Below are positions 1-12,385 of a DNA stretch of 56,315 nt, one piece after another. A model generated the notes under the pieces. The model made no database searches, was not told where the DNA came from, and was given only the letters and a program-made list of their open reading frames with translations. The translations under genes and the position numbers were made by a program. The stretch is from Octopus bimaculoides (lineage: Eukaryota): positions 28,052,711-28,109,025 of the forward strand of contig NC_068984.1 in the NCBI RefSeq assembly GCF_001194135.2, in the 5' to 3' direction. Numbering within the stretch: position 1 is the stretch's first letter; each line of letters opens with the position of its first letter.

Positions 1-60
1 AGACAACACGAAACCGGTTATTTCTCCAAATACAATGTTTATATACCAAAAAAATTTTAT
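1..60 (+). mobile_element. Possible PLE terminal (pseudo-LTR) remnant, truncated by the window edge
   Basis: CACGAAACCGGTT at 7-19 has the GAAAC plus palindromic ACCGGT pattern typical of PLE terminal hammerhead motifs. The upstream half lies outside the window. Confidence 0.3.
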
Positions 61-178
61 AACGTTTTTCTGACATAATTTAAATATATACTTTAACCAT
101 GTAACACAAGCCTTCTGTAGTTTTTTCACTCTTATTATCTTTTATACATCCAGTCACGTGCTTTCACATACCAACTTT

Positions 179-180
<2 letters not shown>

Positions 181-248
<68 letters not shown>

Positions 249-256
249 TAGATAGA
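181..256. repeat. Compound microsatellite (CA)n-(TA)n-(GATA)n
   Basis: Read directly from the sequence. Confidence 0.95.
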
Positions 257-465
257 TCATTTTTTATTTGTTTCAGTCATTGAACTGCGGCCAAGCTGGG
301 GTGTCGCCTTGAAGAATTTTTAGTTGAATGTGTCAACCTCCTTGCTTATTTTTAAAAGCCTGGTGCATATTCTATCGGTTTCTTTTAGCCGAACCGCTAT
401 GTTACGGGGACGTAAACACACCATCACCAGTTATCAAGCGGTGGCGTTGGGACAAAGACAGACAG
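257..465 (-). mobile_element. tRNA-derived SINE family A (octopus OK-like), 3' half
   Basis: The reverse complement reads ...GTGTTTACGTCCCCGTAACATAGCGGTTCGGC...GGCCGCAGTTCAATGACTGAAACAA. The same block recurs at 4095-4290, 50530-50720 and 52740-52930. Confidence 0.85.
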
Positions 466-494
466 ACACACACACACACACACACACAAAAAGG

Positions 495-650
495 GCAGGC
501 ATGACTGAGTGGTAACAAGTTTACTTCTCGGTCGCATGGTTCTGGGTTCATTCCCACTGCGTAGCACCTTAGGTAAGTGTCTTCTGCTGTAGCCTGCTGA
601 GCCTTCTGCGTGGGTTTTGTAGACGGAACCTAAAAGTTTCCCGCTGTACC
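495..650 (+). mobile_element. tRNA-derived SINE family A, 5' head
   Basis: A-box-like TGACTGAGTGGT and B-box-like GGTTCATTCCC, followed by a shared family body (CCTTAGGTAAGTGTCTTCT...GTAGACGGAA). Matches 52364-52515 and the reverse complement of 50780-50935. Confidence 0.85.
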
Positions 651-653
651 TAC

Positions 654-707
<54 letters not shown>

Positions 708-722
708 GTCTGTCTGTCTGTC
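651..722. repeat. (CTAT)n/(CTGT)n tetranucleotide microsatellite
   Basis: Read directly from the sequence. Confidence 0.95.
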
Positions 723-1159
723 TCAGTGAATGAGGAAAAATGAAGAAACAATATTAACAAAGAAGTGCCTCCAAACAAGAGATTTTCTAATAGTGTGGAT
801 AAGTAACAGGATACCAATTGTAATACAAAGTGGAGTTACGTAGTCACCATGAGAACGTGGGAAAAAATAAAAAAATTAGAAGCTGTCATAGAGAGGAGTA
901 GGAGGGGGGAAATGAATGACAGAAATTTGTTTCACTCTGGCTTTTGATTTTTACAATAAAATATCTTGTAGTCGCATCCTTTGAAATGGATGACAAAATA
1001 CACACAAACACAAACGGGAGGTTTCAAAGAATTTCAAAGAGCTGTTCTTCACATGGGGATCTAAGGAACTTAACAAAGTTAAACGGCCTGTGTATATGAG
1101 TGTATGCACATGTACGTGTATGTGAAAGATCATCATCATCGTCGTCATCATCATCATCA

Positions 1160-2880
1160 TTGCTTTATTCCATCTCTCTAACTTTATTTAGATCTTATGG
1201 GTCTTCTCCAGCACAGCATCTCATGGCATACTGCATACTAGAGTCATGTCTCACGAGCCTTCGCACATTCTACACAATTAATATCCGCGTTGTTGCCATG
1301 TAAGATCGCATTTTGTACTCAAGCCTCCGACACTTTTCACTTAAAGAAACCCTTTTTCTTGGTCTTGCTAGCAGATGAAATAAATGCTCGAACCTCTGCT
1401 AGAGTTATTACCTACATAACATAAGCTGTCACCTATTTTAGGGAACACTTGAAAATCAAAAACAATTAATTTTATTGGTGCTCTTACTAGTAACTTCTGC
1501 GCATTTACTACTTAGCTTTCACGAGATCCCACTAGATTTCTTGACCAGCCATATTTTATATAAGGTCCCATGGATAGCTACTTTTTGCTGTATATTAAGC
1601 ATAATACGTCCCTGATGACAAAAATTTTGTCTTTATTTGGTTTACTTTGAAACTCCCGAGTTCTACGTTTTGTTTCTACATTTGAAATTTCTTTAACGCT
1701 TCTAGAGATTCTGCTATGAGGAATAGGACAGTGACAGACAGCTGGTCTTAAACTCCCCTGTCAAGGCATGGAGAACTATTATCAGCAGGTGCGAATTGAC
1801 GACCAAGTCGTGGATACCTACTTGCATGCTAGGTTCCAAGCTGAACTTGTTATTAACTATGTCCTTGCCGACAGTAACTCTGCATAAGCTTTCAATGACA
1901 AAGTTCCGACAAGCTATTCATTTACTGTTATTTTTAATGCCGAACAGAATACATAATGTGGTAACATATGAAAGGATTTCACCAAGTCAACAAGCTGCTT
2001 GCACTTCGCAAGAGCTTTTCCTGTAGCTGTTTCACTAGAAAGAGGATATCAGTAGTATCTAATGCTAGCATAGTCTCAAACTGCATCTCACATAAGCTAA
2101 TTTTCTTCCTAATTAGTTGTGCTTTAGCTCTTTCCGTCACTTTAATAGCTTGGTCATCAGTTTGATTTCTCTGTAGGGTGCTTCTTTCTAAAGTATCCTT
2201 TTTTTCCCTTTGTTGATGATGATGCTTACTACATATGTTATTGAGATGGGTTTCTTCCTGACTACAAGATGGACTGTACGAGTCACTGTATGTTGTTTGC
2301 AGAATATGCTTAATACTATAACCGATGGCCGGGCTGGCTAAAGACCATATATACTGCATAGCTGTATATTTCAATAGCTGGTCCTGTTGTTGAGCTTACA
2401 TGGTGTAGTCTCTCCCTCTTTCATGCCCTATCCTCATTCACAGACATCTTATTAGAGAATTTCCAGGTCATGTCCCTAAATTTTTAGTATAATGGGAGGT
2501 GAGTGTGTCGCTATCATCAAATACACGTCTTACTAATGATATCCTGGTTAATATTTCTATTGATATGCTGTATCGCAGTACGGAACAGCTCATCTTTGTT
2601 ATCTTTACGTAAAATAAATATTGGCAAACTTCTTTCCAATTGTCTCTTTGTTGGCGTCTGACTTCTCTTCAATGTGATTGATACTTTTCTTTCTCCTCCA
2701 GCCTTTCTCGCGTTCCACTTACACAAAAAGGTTTCTTCCTTTGTTTTGGTTGTATTCAATTTGTACAAGAAAAATTCTCCAAGAAGCAAGTAGTGGATAT
2801 ATAAATTGCTTGAAACAAGCCTGGAAACATTGGAATAATTCTTTCGGTAATACAAGGAGTTGTCACACCCAGTGACTGTT
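1160..2880 (-). mobile_element. Degenerate RTE-clade LINE, linker + reverse transcriptase + C-terminal region (stops and frameshifts)
   Basis: Minus-strand translation gives QAIKVTERAKAQLIRKKISLCEMQFETMLALDTTDILFLVKQLQEK followed by LVDLVKSFHMLPH, equivalent to the RTE motif MQFGF...TTDAIF.VRQLQEK...FVDLEKAF. Upstream is DELFRTAIQHINRNINQDIISKTCI. Downstream are VQNAILHG and VRRLVRHDSSM, equivalent to RTE VRTAMLHG and MRRLERNEASM. Confidence 0.8.
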
Positions 2881-3149
2881 GTAACATGGATTAACTGCTA
2901 CTAGAGCAAAATAAATGTTTTGACTTCAGGGACATCAAATCACAGGACCTGGAAAAAAAATACAGAAAATTATAGTGCGACTGGATTACATTCATTCGCA
3001 CGTCCTGTAGTCTAGGGAAAGCTAAGAAAGCCTGATTTAAATGAATGAATGGTTTATGTGAGTAGTGCTAACCCTGTACAGAGATTCCATTTGCAAGATG
3101 ATTATAACTGAGTTATAATCAAGACACAGTTCTCTGTCCCGCTTGTAGA

Positions 3150-3900
3150 TTATAGTTCTGAAAAGAGTTTAAGAGCTCACAAGACGAATGCTTTTGTTAA
3201 AAGGAAAGAGAATAGAATTGATCTGCCATCAGGGAATTGTCTATGCTCAAATCGGAGTTGATAAGAGCAATGTACAATATACCAAAAGTAAAATTATGGA
3301 TACACAAGCGATGCAGTAGATCACAAGCGGGATGTCAGAACAATAAATATCTGTACTTAGCAGATGCACAGGAGTGGTTTGATGAAGCTACATCAATGAA
3401 ATAAATCTTTTCAACTGGTGTAAGTGTTCTCTCGAAGTCGTTGATAGCATCTATTATTTTGATGACTAGATAGAAATGGAAGTAATTTCTTTTTTGATAT
3501 CATAGAAAGTAAAATGTTATTACTTCTATTGGCAACAAAGGGATTTTCTCTTTGAGTGGAAGGTACGAAGAATGGTAGCACAACATGGATAGTGATTGCA
3601 TAGGATTTATGGATTTTGAAATGGATGAAAATAAAAAAAGATGAAACAAAGATGTTCTGATTTAGGTTTTACGTAAGTGTGCATAAATGACTGAGCGCAA
3701 ATAAACTGGAAGAAACATTGGGTATTATAAGACTAACCAGATGTGGAATGCAAAAGGGCAAAGTACTCTGGTATGGATTTGTGCAGTGATCATCTACTTG
3801 AAATACCAAGTAGTCAAAGTGGAAAGGACCTGTTTTATTGGTACACTGAAGTAGTCATGGGTAAAAATGGCGAAAACGTAAATATATGACTGAAAGGAAG
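3150..3900 (+). mobile_element. Second, highly degenerate RTE LINE 3' fragment
   Basis: LLLATKGFSL*VEG (~3520-3565) and KLEETLGIIRLTRCGMQKGKVLWYGFV (~3702-3785) match the RTE C-terminal motifs LLVTKGLSLRVKG and LDIRSIRCGVQERRLRWYGHV. The left boundary is approximate. Confidence 0.6.
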
Positions 3901-4094
3901 CAAAGAAGCAAAGATTCGTGAGACGCGGTGCTACAGAAATTCACTTTGAAAAACTGAACATTAAATATACACTGAAGCACACACAGTCATACATACACAC
4001 ACACACACACACACACGCACGCACGCACGCACACACACACAACTATATACAAATCAATACGTACTTATCGCTACGCGTATATCCTTTATATTTG

Positions 4095-4290
4095 ATTTTT
4101 CCTTGTTTCTGTCATTAGACTGCGGTCGTGCTGGGGTACAGCCTAGTGTAGCATGCAAAAACAATAGGCAGAGAATGAATTAACCTAGAACTTTTTTTGT
4201 TTTGTTTTGTTTTTTTTTGTATGGAACCTGTTAATTATTCTATCGGTCTTTTCGGCAGACCGCTAGATTACGGGAACGTAAACACAGGCA
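4095..4290 (-). mobile_element. SINE family A, 3' half
   Basis: TTGTTTCTGTCATTAGACTGCGGTCGTGCTGG...TATTCTATCGGTC...ACCGCTAGATTACGGGAACGTAAACAC, a diverged copy of 257-465. Confidence 0.8.
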
Positions 4291-4589
4291 CAAAGACACA
4301 CACAGATATATAAATATATACATATACATACTTGAATGTACGTTGAGAGATTGTCTTAGCCCGTTTGCCTTCGGACGGTTGATTTCTATTGTTATTATCA
4401 GTGTATTTTGGCGATTTGAATAAGAGTTTTGACTGTTATTTCCTGCAGGTAGACATACTTAGTATGTCTTGATTAATTNNNNNNNNNNNNNNNNNNNNNN
4501 NNNNNNNNNNNNNNNNNNNNNNNNNNNNNNNNNNNNNNNNNNNNNNNNNNNNNNNNNNNNNNNNNNNNNNNNNNNNNNNNNNNNNNNNA

Positions 4590-4830
4590 TATAAATATGT
4601 AGAAGGTTGAAAAGGAACACACGAGTTGATATGTATGGAAAAAAAGTCAAGGTAGAAAATGCTAAAATAATTTTATAAAAAACATTTCAGTAGCGGTTTC
4701 AGTCATTGAGACTTTTTCAACTGTAAGTATGGAAAACAATTAAATTTTGGAAAAATCAAAAGAAAAGATTTTTTAAAAGAATACTTGCATAGTGTTCAAA
4801 TACAAGGGGCATTTTCCTTGTTACTGCTTG
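4590..4830 (-). mobile_element. PLE-like terminal fragment next to an (AT)n-flanked gap
   Basis: The minus strand carries a hammerhead-like core, then GAAACCG(C)TACTG, then an AT-rich tail. No ORF is retained, so the element class is an inference. Confidence 0.45.
4688..4724 (-). ncRNA. Candidate minimal type-I hammerhead ribozyme (U3-A8 variant, probably with one inactivating substitution)
   Basis: Minus strand reads aCAG-UUGAAAA-AGUC(UCAAU)GACU-GAAAC-CG-C-UA/CUG. Stem II is a perfect 4-bp helix, stem I is CAG/CUG, and stem III has C where G would complete ACCGGU. Confidence 0.45.
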
Positions 4831-6337
4831 TTTCTGTCTCTCTTGTTTACTCTTGTAGGACTGATCCCGGGAGCAACTTCTTACCGCACAGCCATGCCTG
4901 CGCCTATACACACACATACCCAGTCACGCTCAACCCCAACCCCACACATAAACAAACACATATATATGTACTGAGTCACCTAAATGTTTAGGTTAGTGGG
5001 TGAGTGCGTATATATGTAATCGCGTAAAATAGCTGGTTTTACATCAGAGTGCCCTTCTCCTAGAAGCATGCTGTGACAATATTTTAAGAGCCCCTCACTT
5101 CTGGCTGTTGGAGTCCTGACACCGACCGAGGGTAATTCTTTACCCCCGCGCTCAGATAGATTGTCTTAAGATGAGCTAGTTAGTACAAAGCTGGGATCCT
5201 AGCAAGTGCTACTTTTCGAAGTCAGAGGAGACCTGGGAACAATCGTAGCTAAGAGGTGGTCGTACCCTCCTCAAATTACTGGAACTCACTGGAGTCTCAC
5301 TAAAGGATCCAGTCATACCCAGGTCATCACGCATCGGCTTATCACTAAGTACTAATCGCGGTAGCTCAGGGAATGGTACTCATGTTTTACAAGCATTTAT
5401 CACTATAATCCGATGACGTACAGATGTCACTTGATGGTGACTTTATGGGTCTTTTCATCTACTGAAAATCCTAGGGCAATGGAAGAGTGGTGGTATTTGA
5501 AGAACTAACCAGTTGGAAGTGCACAGTAAGTTACAACTTCTGTCTGTCAATTATGCTTCAAACCATGTCTATCTGCAACGCAACTGTATAGTTATTTGGG
5601 AGGTCATGAATGGGAAATCAGAAAAGCCATTGATAACGAGAAACCACAAGGAGATTCCAAACATCTATGAAGATGAACTGTACATACATCACTCTGTATG
5701 TATGAATGCATGTATGTATGCATGTTTGCCTAGTTTAATTTTTCCAGTTTCTCACCAATGGAGAAAAAGCCAGCACATAGCTTAAGAACAAGACACTTCC
5801 ATTAGAATTTAGACATCACCGGGCTAGTCAGGTATGAACGTACGTACGTATGTGTATGTATTCACATAGCTATGTATACACGTATGTATGTACATGCGTA
5901 CGTATGAATATATACATAACTATGGTTATACGTGTACATATCGTACATCTTATGAATTTTATCGTACTTATACACTTTCAATTTACATTATTTCACCATC
6001 CTTCAATAATACGTTTCGCTACAGTTTACCCACCTTTTCTTATCTATCTTCCGTTCTATTTTACTCAACCATCATTCTTTTGCTGTATCTGTATACCTTT
6101 GTCTTCCTCTATCCAATTTCTCTCCACATCTTCTCCCACCCTGTCTTTTCCTCGTTCTCAAACTCTCTTCATATCACTGGACCCCTCTATTCATTACCCA
6201 TATATTTCTAAACATGTTTTCCTCTTTCTCTCCTACTTTCTCCCACCTTTTCTCTCTCGTTCTTTCACTATTGTTTTGCTTCTTGTTTCATATACATACA
6301 TATATTATATATATAAAGACATATATATTATATATAT

Positions 6338-6381
<44 letters not shown>

Positions 6382-6865
6382 TATATATATATACTTCTAA
6401 CTATCTCCTTCCCATTATTTCCCTGCTCTATGTGTCCCCCCATCTCTCTCCCCATCGTTCTCTCTTCCTCTCATTCACTTGCTACTAATTGCTTTCACTT
6501 CATCTATTTTTCCCTTTCTATCTGAATTACTCCATTTCTTTTTTTCCTGTTTCCCCATCTCTTCCTCTCACCGTCTATCTTTCTGTATTTATCTATCTAC
6601 TACACCCTATCTCTCTCCATGATTCCTTATATTTTTCATCTGCTCCCCCTGTTTTCTCTGTTTGACTATGTCTACATGTGTCTACATGCATACCTTGAAT
6701 AGAATTCATGCATTCACTGGATATTTTTCATCTCAACTATTATGCTCAAAACCAGAATATCAAAGATTATCTTGTTCAAATAACATCAGACCAATATATA
6801 GAAATATAGGGATACACACACACATACACACATGCCAACACAAGCTTATATATGTATGCATGCAC

Positions 6866-7672
6866 NNNNNNNNNNNNNNNNNNNNNNNNNNNNNNNNNNN
6901 NNNNNNNNNNNNNNNNNNNNNNNNNNNNNNNNNNNNNNNNNNNNNNNNNNNNNNNNNNNNNNNNNNNNNNNNNNNNNNNNNNNNNNNNNNNNNNNNNNNN
7001 NNNNNNNNNNNNNNNNNNNNNNNNNNNNNNNNNNNNNNNNNNNNNNNNNNNNNNNNNNNNNNNNNNNNNNNNNNNNNNNNNNNNNNNNNNNNNNNNNNNN
7101 NNNNNNNNNNNNNNNNNNNNNNNNNNNNNNNNNNNNNNNNNNNNNNNNNNNNNNNNNNNNNNNNNNNNNNNNNNNNNNNNNNNNNNNNNNNNNNNNNNNN
7201 NNNNNNNNNNNNNNNNNNNNNNNNNNNNNNNNNNNNNNNNNNNNNNNNNNNNNNNNNNNNNNNNNNNNNNNNNNNNNNNNNNNNNNNNNNNNNNNNNNNN
7301 NNNNNNNNNNNNNNNNNNNNNNNNNNNNNNNNNNNNNNNNNNNNNNNNNNNNNNNNNNNNNNNNNNNNNNNNNNNNNNNNNNNNNNNNNNNNNNNNNNNN
7401 NNNNNNNNNNNNNNNNNNNNNNNNNNNNNNNNNNNNNNNNNNNNNNNNNNNNNNNNNNNNNNNNNNNNNNNNNNNNNNNNNNNNNNNNNNNNNNNNNNNN
7501 NNNNNNNNNNNNNNNNNNNNNNNNNNNNNNNNNNNNNNNNNNNNNNNNNNNNNNNNNNNNNNNNNNNNNNNNNNNNNNNNNNNNNNNNNNNNNNNNNNNN
7601 NNNNNNNNNNNNNNNNNNNNNNNNNNNNNNNNNNNNNNNNNNNNNNNNNNNNNNNNNNNNNNNNNNNNNNNN
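6866..7672. other. Assembly gap (N run). Other large gaps include 4479-4588, 11141-11802, 39082-39347 and 49223-49489
   Basis: N runs, most flanked by (TA)n, (CA)n or (GA)n microsatellites. Confidence 0.99.
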
Positions 7673-7708
<36 letters not shown>

Positions 7709-8094
7709 TAAAACTTGTTTGTTAATACAAATTTGCATTGATGGTGCAAAACTGAACAGTACCAATTCGTCGATAAAAAATGATGAATTACGGCCCTTCT
7801 GTAGTTGACATCGGGCGAGCTGGCAAGGTGGCCAGTCCACCACTGGGCATAAATTCATAAATGATAATGGCATGTGCGATAAAGAGATGAGTGATAAGAA
7901 GAATTTATGAGGGAGTGCTGAATAATAGGCATGCTTGTGAGATATGTGGATCTCAAAGACACAGACCATATCATCTCACATTCAACTGTCTGATATTTTC
8001 ATCTTATTACTTATCTCTCTTTCTCTTTATATGTGTGTGCTTAGTTGTGTTTGTTTGTTTGTGTGTGTGTGTGTGTGTGTACATACACAAGAGG

Positions 8095-8240
8095 CTTGTT
8101 TGAGGATTTCCATCTACCAAATCCAATCACAAGGCCTTGATCAGTCCAAGATTATAGTTGAAGACACTTCTTCAATGTGTCACACTATGGAACAGAACCC
8201 AGAACTATATAATCTGGAAGCAAACTTCAAAGCTAAAAAT
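8095..8240 (-). mobile_element. SINE family A head, diverged
   Basis: TTTCCATCTACCAAATCCAATCACAAGGCCTTG...GAAGACACTT...GAACAGAACCCAGAAC, the reverse complement of the family A head. Confidence 0.75.
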
Positions 8241-8579
8241 TGTTTGATGTAAAGCATTATAAGTATATAGACATGACTATCAATACAATTCTATGGACTT
8301 TGACAGCTACAAATAATGATAATTAGAGTTTCCTGAAATAAGTTAGTAGCAATGGAAATCTCTACAGGGAAAATAGAATTTATTATGACTGAACAAATTT
8401 TAGGCATTATAGAGAGATTTTTGGAGATGTTAACCACCAACTTTGAAAATAATATTGTTTCTCATTTGAAAGCAAAAAAATAAAGAAAAGCATATTATAC
8501 ATATATATATATATATTTAAGTTGAATGATACAGATACTAACTGGGTACTTCTCTAGGCTACATACCTTTGTGAAGGTA

Positions 8580-8720
8580 TGAGATTTTGTAGTTAGTGTG
8601 TTGGACTCGTGATTGTAAGTTTGTGGTTCAAATTCTCAGACCAGATGCATAGAATATTCTTGAGCAAAAGACTTCATTTAATATTGTTTCCATTCCACTT
8701 GGCTGAAAATGAGTAACAAC
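8580..8720 (+). mobile_element. Old tRNA-derived SINE (family D-like)
   Basis: GTAGTTAGTGTGTTGGACTCGTGA...GGTTCAAATTCTCAGACC...CTTGAGCAAAAGACTTCATTT...CCACTTGGCTGAAAATGAGTA resembles 38384-38530. Confidence 0.55.
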
Positions 8721-10142
8721 AAGATTCAAGATTAATCCATGTGACTGTGTCAGAGAGATGGAGTTGGAGAGAGCAAGAGAGAAAGAGGGAGAGAGAGAGA
8801 GAGAAAGAGAAAGAGAGAGTAATGAGGTATTGCATAGAAATTAAAATGAGAAATTAAGGTTATTACAAAGATAAATGTTTAAAGAAGGTTTTATTTTTAA
8901 AGATATGCATTTTCAAGCAAAATATACATTTAAGCAAAAGTTTGTTGTGTATGAAGACATTTCCATTGTTTATTCATTTCCAAGAATATCAAATCCTAAC
9001 AAAAATGAAAGATAATGGATGTATATTGTACATAATGAGCCTCTTAATTTGAATATTTTTTCTCAGTCACTTAGACACCATAGGAACTGAAGTTGTAGCC
9101 TAAAGAGACTGTAGGCTCATAGCAGACTTAAGATAAAAAAGTTGGGTATTTCAACTTCAAAATCATAGGAACAGAAGATACTGATGCTGCGAATCTTATG
9201 GGCCAATAATTCTTCGTTCTCCTAAAACTAGGTTTGCAACATGGCTTCAATTCTTTACTAGAGCACTCACATTTTGATGCCACTTTCAGGAAAATACTGT
9301 TATACAATAACTCATTTTCGCTGCATAAATTTAATGTTTAATGCATAATTATGAATTTACTATAGATAATTGAGAATTTACTATAATTATAGATATATAT
9401 TTTTATATATTATGTGTTTTTGTTGCAATTAAACTTGCTTCTAATGGTTTCATTTCTATGAAGAATATAATAATTTCTGTATGGCCATAAAGACAAATTT
9501 TGGTAAGCTATTGATAAGCAAAGCGAGTACATTTTGCTTCTAATTACATATACTATTACAAACAAAATCCTTAATTATATTCTATTGAAATTTATATTAA
9601 AATCATGAATATTTTAAACAGAAATGATTAGATAGAAATCAGGTAACAATAGATTTAAGTTAAATTCTGATTAAATGTTTATGTTGTGAGCAACAAAATA
9701 AGGAATGTAGTGCTGTTGAAAGAAATTAGCGTAACAGGAAATAAAAGTAAAATAGCATTAATTTGGAGGCATTGCACTATTTCAACAATTTGATTGAGAT
9801 TACTGATATGAAGAAGGTCATTAAGGACTTTTCATCTACATTATCTTTCAATTTTGTAAAGATCTGATCTTGATCTGGGAAATGATTATTCTTTAAAAAC
9901 ATCTTCATTCAAAACAAATTTTAGCCTAAAATTGTATTTAACTTTAAAATTCATTTCTTTGGAAAATGAGACTTCATTGAAAATTTCTTTTTTGTAACTT
10001 TATCGTCTCATTTAAATTTCTATGCAATACCCTCGCAACTTCTCTCCGACTTTATTTCCTCTCTTTCCTCTCTCTTTCTCTCTCTTCCTCTTACACAAAC
10101 ACATCTATTTATCTCTCTCTTTTTTCTCTCTATATTTGTATT

Positions 10143-10181
<39 letters not shown>

Positions 10182-10191
10182 NNNNNNNNNN

Positions 10192-10229
<38 letters not shown>

Positions 10230-11802
10230 ATGTGTGTAATCACTTATATGTCTGTCAGACTCTGTTATGTATCTCTCTGTCTGTCTCTCTGTCTGTCTAT
10301 CTATCTATTTATCTATTTATCTATCTTTCTATCTATCTGTTTGTCTGGTTGTCTGTTTGTCTCTCTGTTTATCTATTTTGTTGTCTATTACCAATATATG
10401 ATCAGTATAGTTAAATGTTTATTGAAATAGTTGTTGATGCTGAGAGAATCACAAAGCTAGCTAAACCTAATTATGTTATTGAAATTACATCACAACAATG
10501 GCTAATTACTACTTCAATCAATCTGGAAAGTATGATAAACAATTTTGGACAGGTTCTTGCTTCTTTATATTTTGTCAATCAAACATAAGCAATACAATAA
10601 ATCTACATATCTTGAGGAGGTCTAACAAGATAGAAACATGTCTTAAGTGTTTCCTGTATTTACCAGAATAATCAAAATTACATCAGCCATTGACTAATAT
10701 TGTTTTTTCCTTGTCTCATAAACGTTTCTAATTAGCTTGCTGCATCAATTATATCAACATTAAATTAACCATAATTCACAATTTCTTCATATGGATGGCA
10801 TTTATGAGTAATTTAGTCTCTAAAATATGCTACTTGATTTTATTATATGATAGATTTTGCAGCAAACTTATAAAGAAGTTGGTGAGTCATTTTTGACTAA
10901 TTATTTTCTTTTATTCTATATTTGGTTCTGTTATTGAACTGAGGCACTTCCATTAGGAGTTTAGTTACTTAAATCAACTAAAGTACTTGTTTCAGTGGCA
11001 CTTATTCTATTAGTAGTTTTTGCTGAACCATTGAGTTGTAGGAACATAAAGAGGCCGATACCGGTAGTCAAGCAGTGAGAGACAAACACAGACACACATA
11101 TACACAAGAATATTCACACACACACACACACACACACACANNNNNNNNNNNNNNNNNNNNNNNNNNNNNNNNNNNNNNNNNNNNNNNNNNNNNNNNNNNN
11201 NNNNNNNNNNNNNNNNNNNNNNNNNNNNNNNNNNNNNNNNNNNNNNNNNNNNNNNNNNNNNNNNNNNNNNNNNNNNNNNNNNNNNNNNNNNNNNNNNNNN
11301 NNNNNNNNNNNNNNNNNNNNNNNNNNNNNNNNNNNNNNNNNNNNNNNNNNNNNNNNNNNNNNNNNNNNNNNNNNNNNNNNNNNNNNNNNNNNNNNNNNNN
11401 NNNNNNNNNNNNNNNNNNNNNNNNNNNNNNNNNNNNNNNNNNNNNNNNNNNNNNNNNNNNNNNNNNNNNNNNNNNNNNNNNNNNNNNNNNNNNNNNNNNN
11501 NNNNNNNNNNNNNNNNNNNNNNNNNNNNNNNNNNNNNNNNNNNNNNNNNNNNNNNNNNNNNNNNNNNNNNNNNNNNNNNNNNNNNNNNNNNNNNNNNNNN
11601 NNNNNNNNNNNNNNNNNNNNNNNNNNNNNNNNNNNNNNNNNNNNNNNNNNNNNNNNNNNNNNNNNNNNNNNNNNNNNNNNNNNNNNNNNNNNNNNNNNNN
11701 NNNNNNNNNNNNNNNNNNNNNNNNNNNNNNNNNNNNNNNNNNNNNNNNNNNNNNNNNNNNNNNNNNNNNNNNNNNNNNNNNNNNNNNNNNNNNNNNNNNN
11801 NN

Positions 11803-11846
<44 letters not shown>

Positions 11847-12343
11847 TCATGTTTGAATCTGAAAGATTGCTTGGAAAAACAGGACATGATAAATGAGAAT
11901 GCCAGTCTTTCGTGTTTGCACAGCAGGAAAATAACAGTAGCATGAATCCAAATGCTTTGTATATCAAATGATATATATATACATACATGCATATGGACAC
12001 ACACACACATATATAAACTTGTATTTACATATATATATAAGTATATATCATAACATCATTAAAGGATAAAATCATTAAAATTAATGAATTTTATCAATGG
12101 CCAGCATGTAAAAAGTAACCTTTTAAGTAAAATTCATATATAGAGATACATAGTTGTATAGAATACAATTATAATTAAGGGCACAGAAGCTAGTATGCCT
12201 ATATGCTAGAAGTAGATGCCAGATACGTCTGGCCACACTAAGATTTCACTTCAGTATAATATACACAGGTTGAAAGTGGGAAAATTGTATATCTCTATAT
12301 ATAAGTATATATGTATATATACACATACACATACACCCCCTCC

Positions 12344-12385
<42 letters not shown>

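Noticed and set aside
7790-7850. hAT-like terminus CAGTGGTGGACTGGCCA (minus)
   Set aside because: No partner TIR or TSD is visible (it may lie in the adjacent gap), so it is unsupported.
6662-7969. Long ORFs of 250-400 aa in the track (also 11068-12010, 39001-39478, 49168-49523)
   Set aside because: They consist mostly of X codons spanning N gaps and are not real coding sequence.
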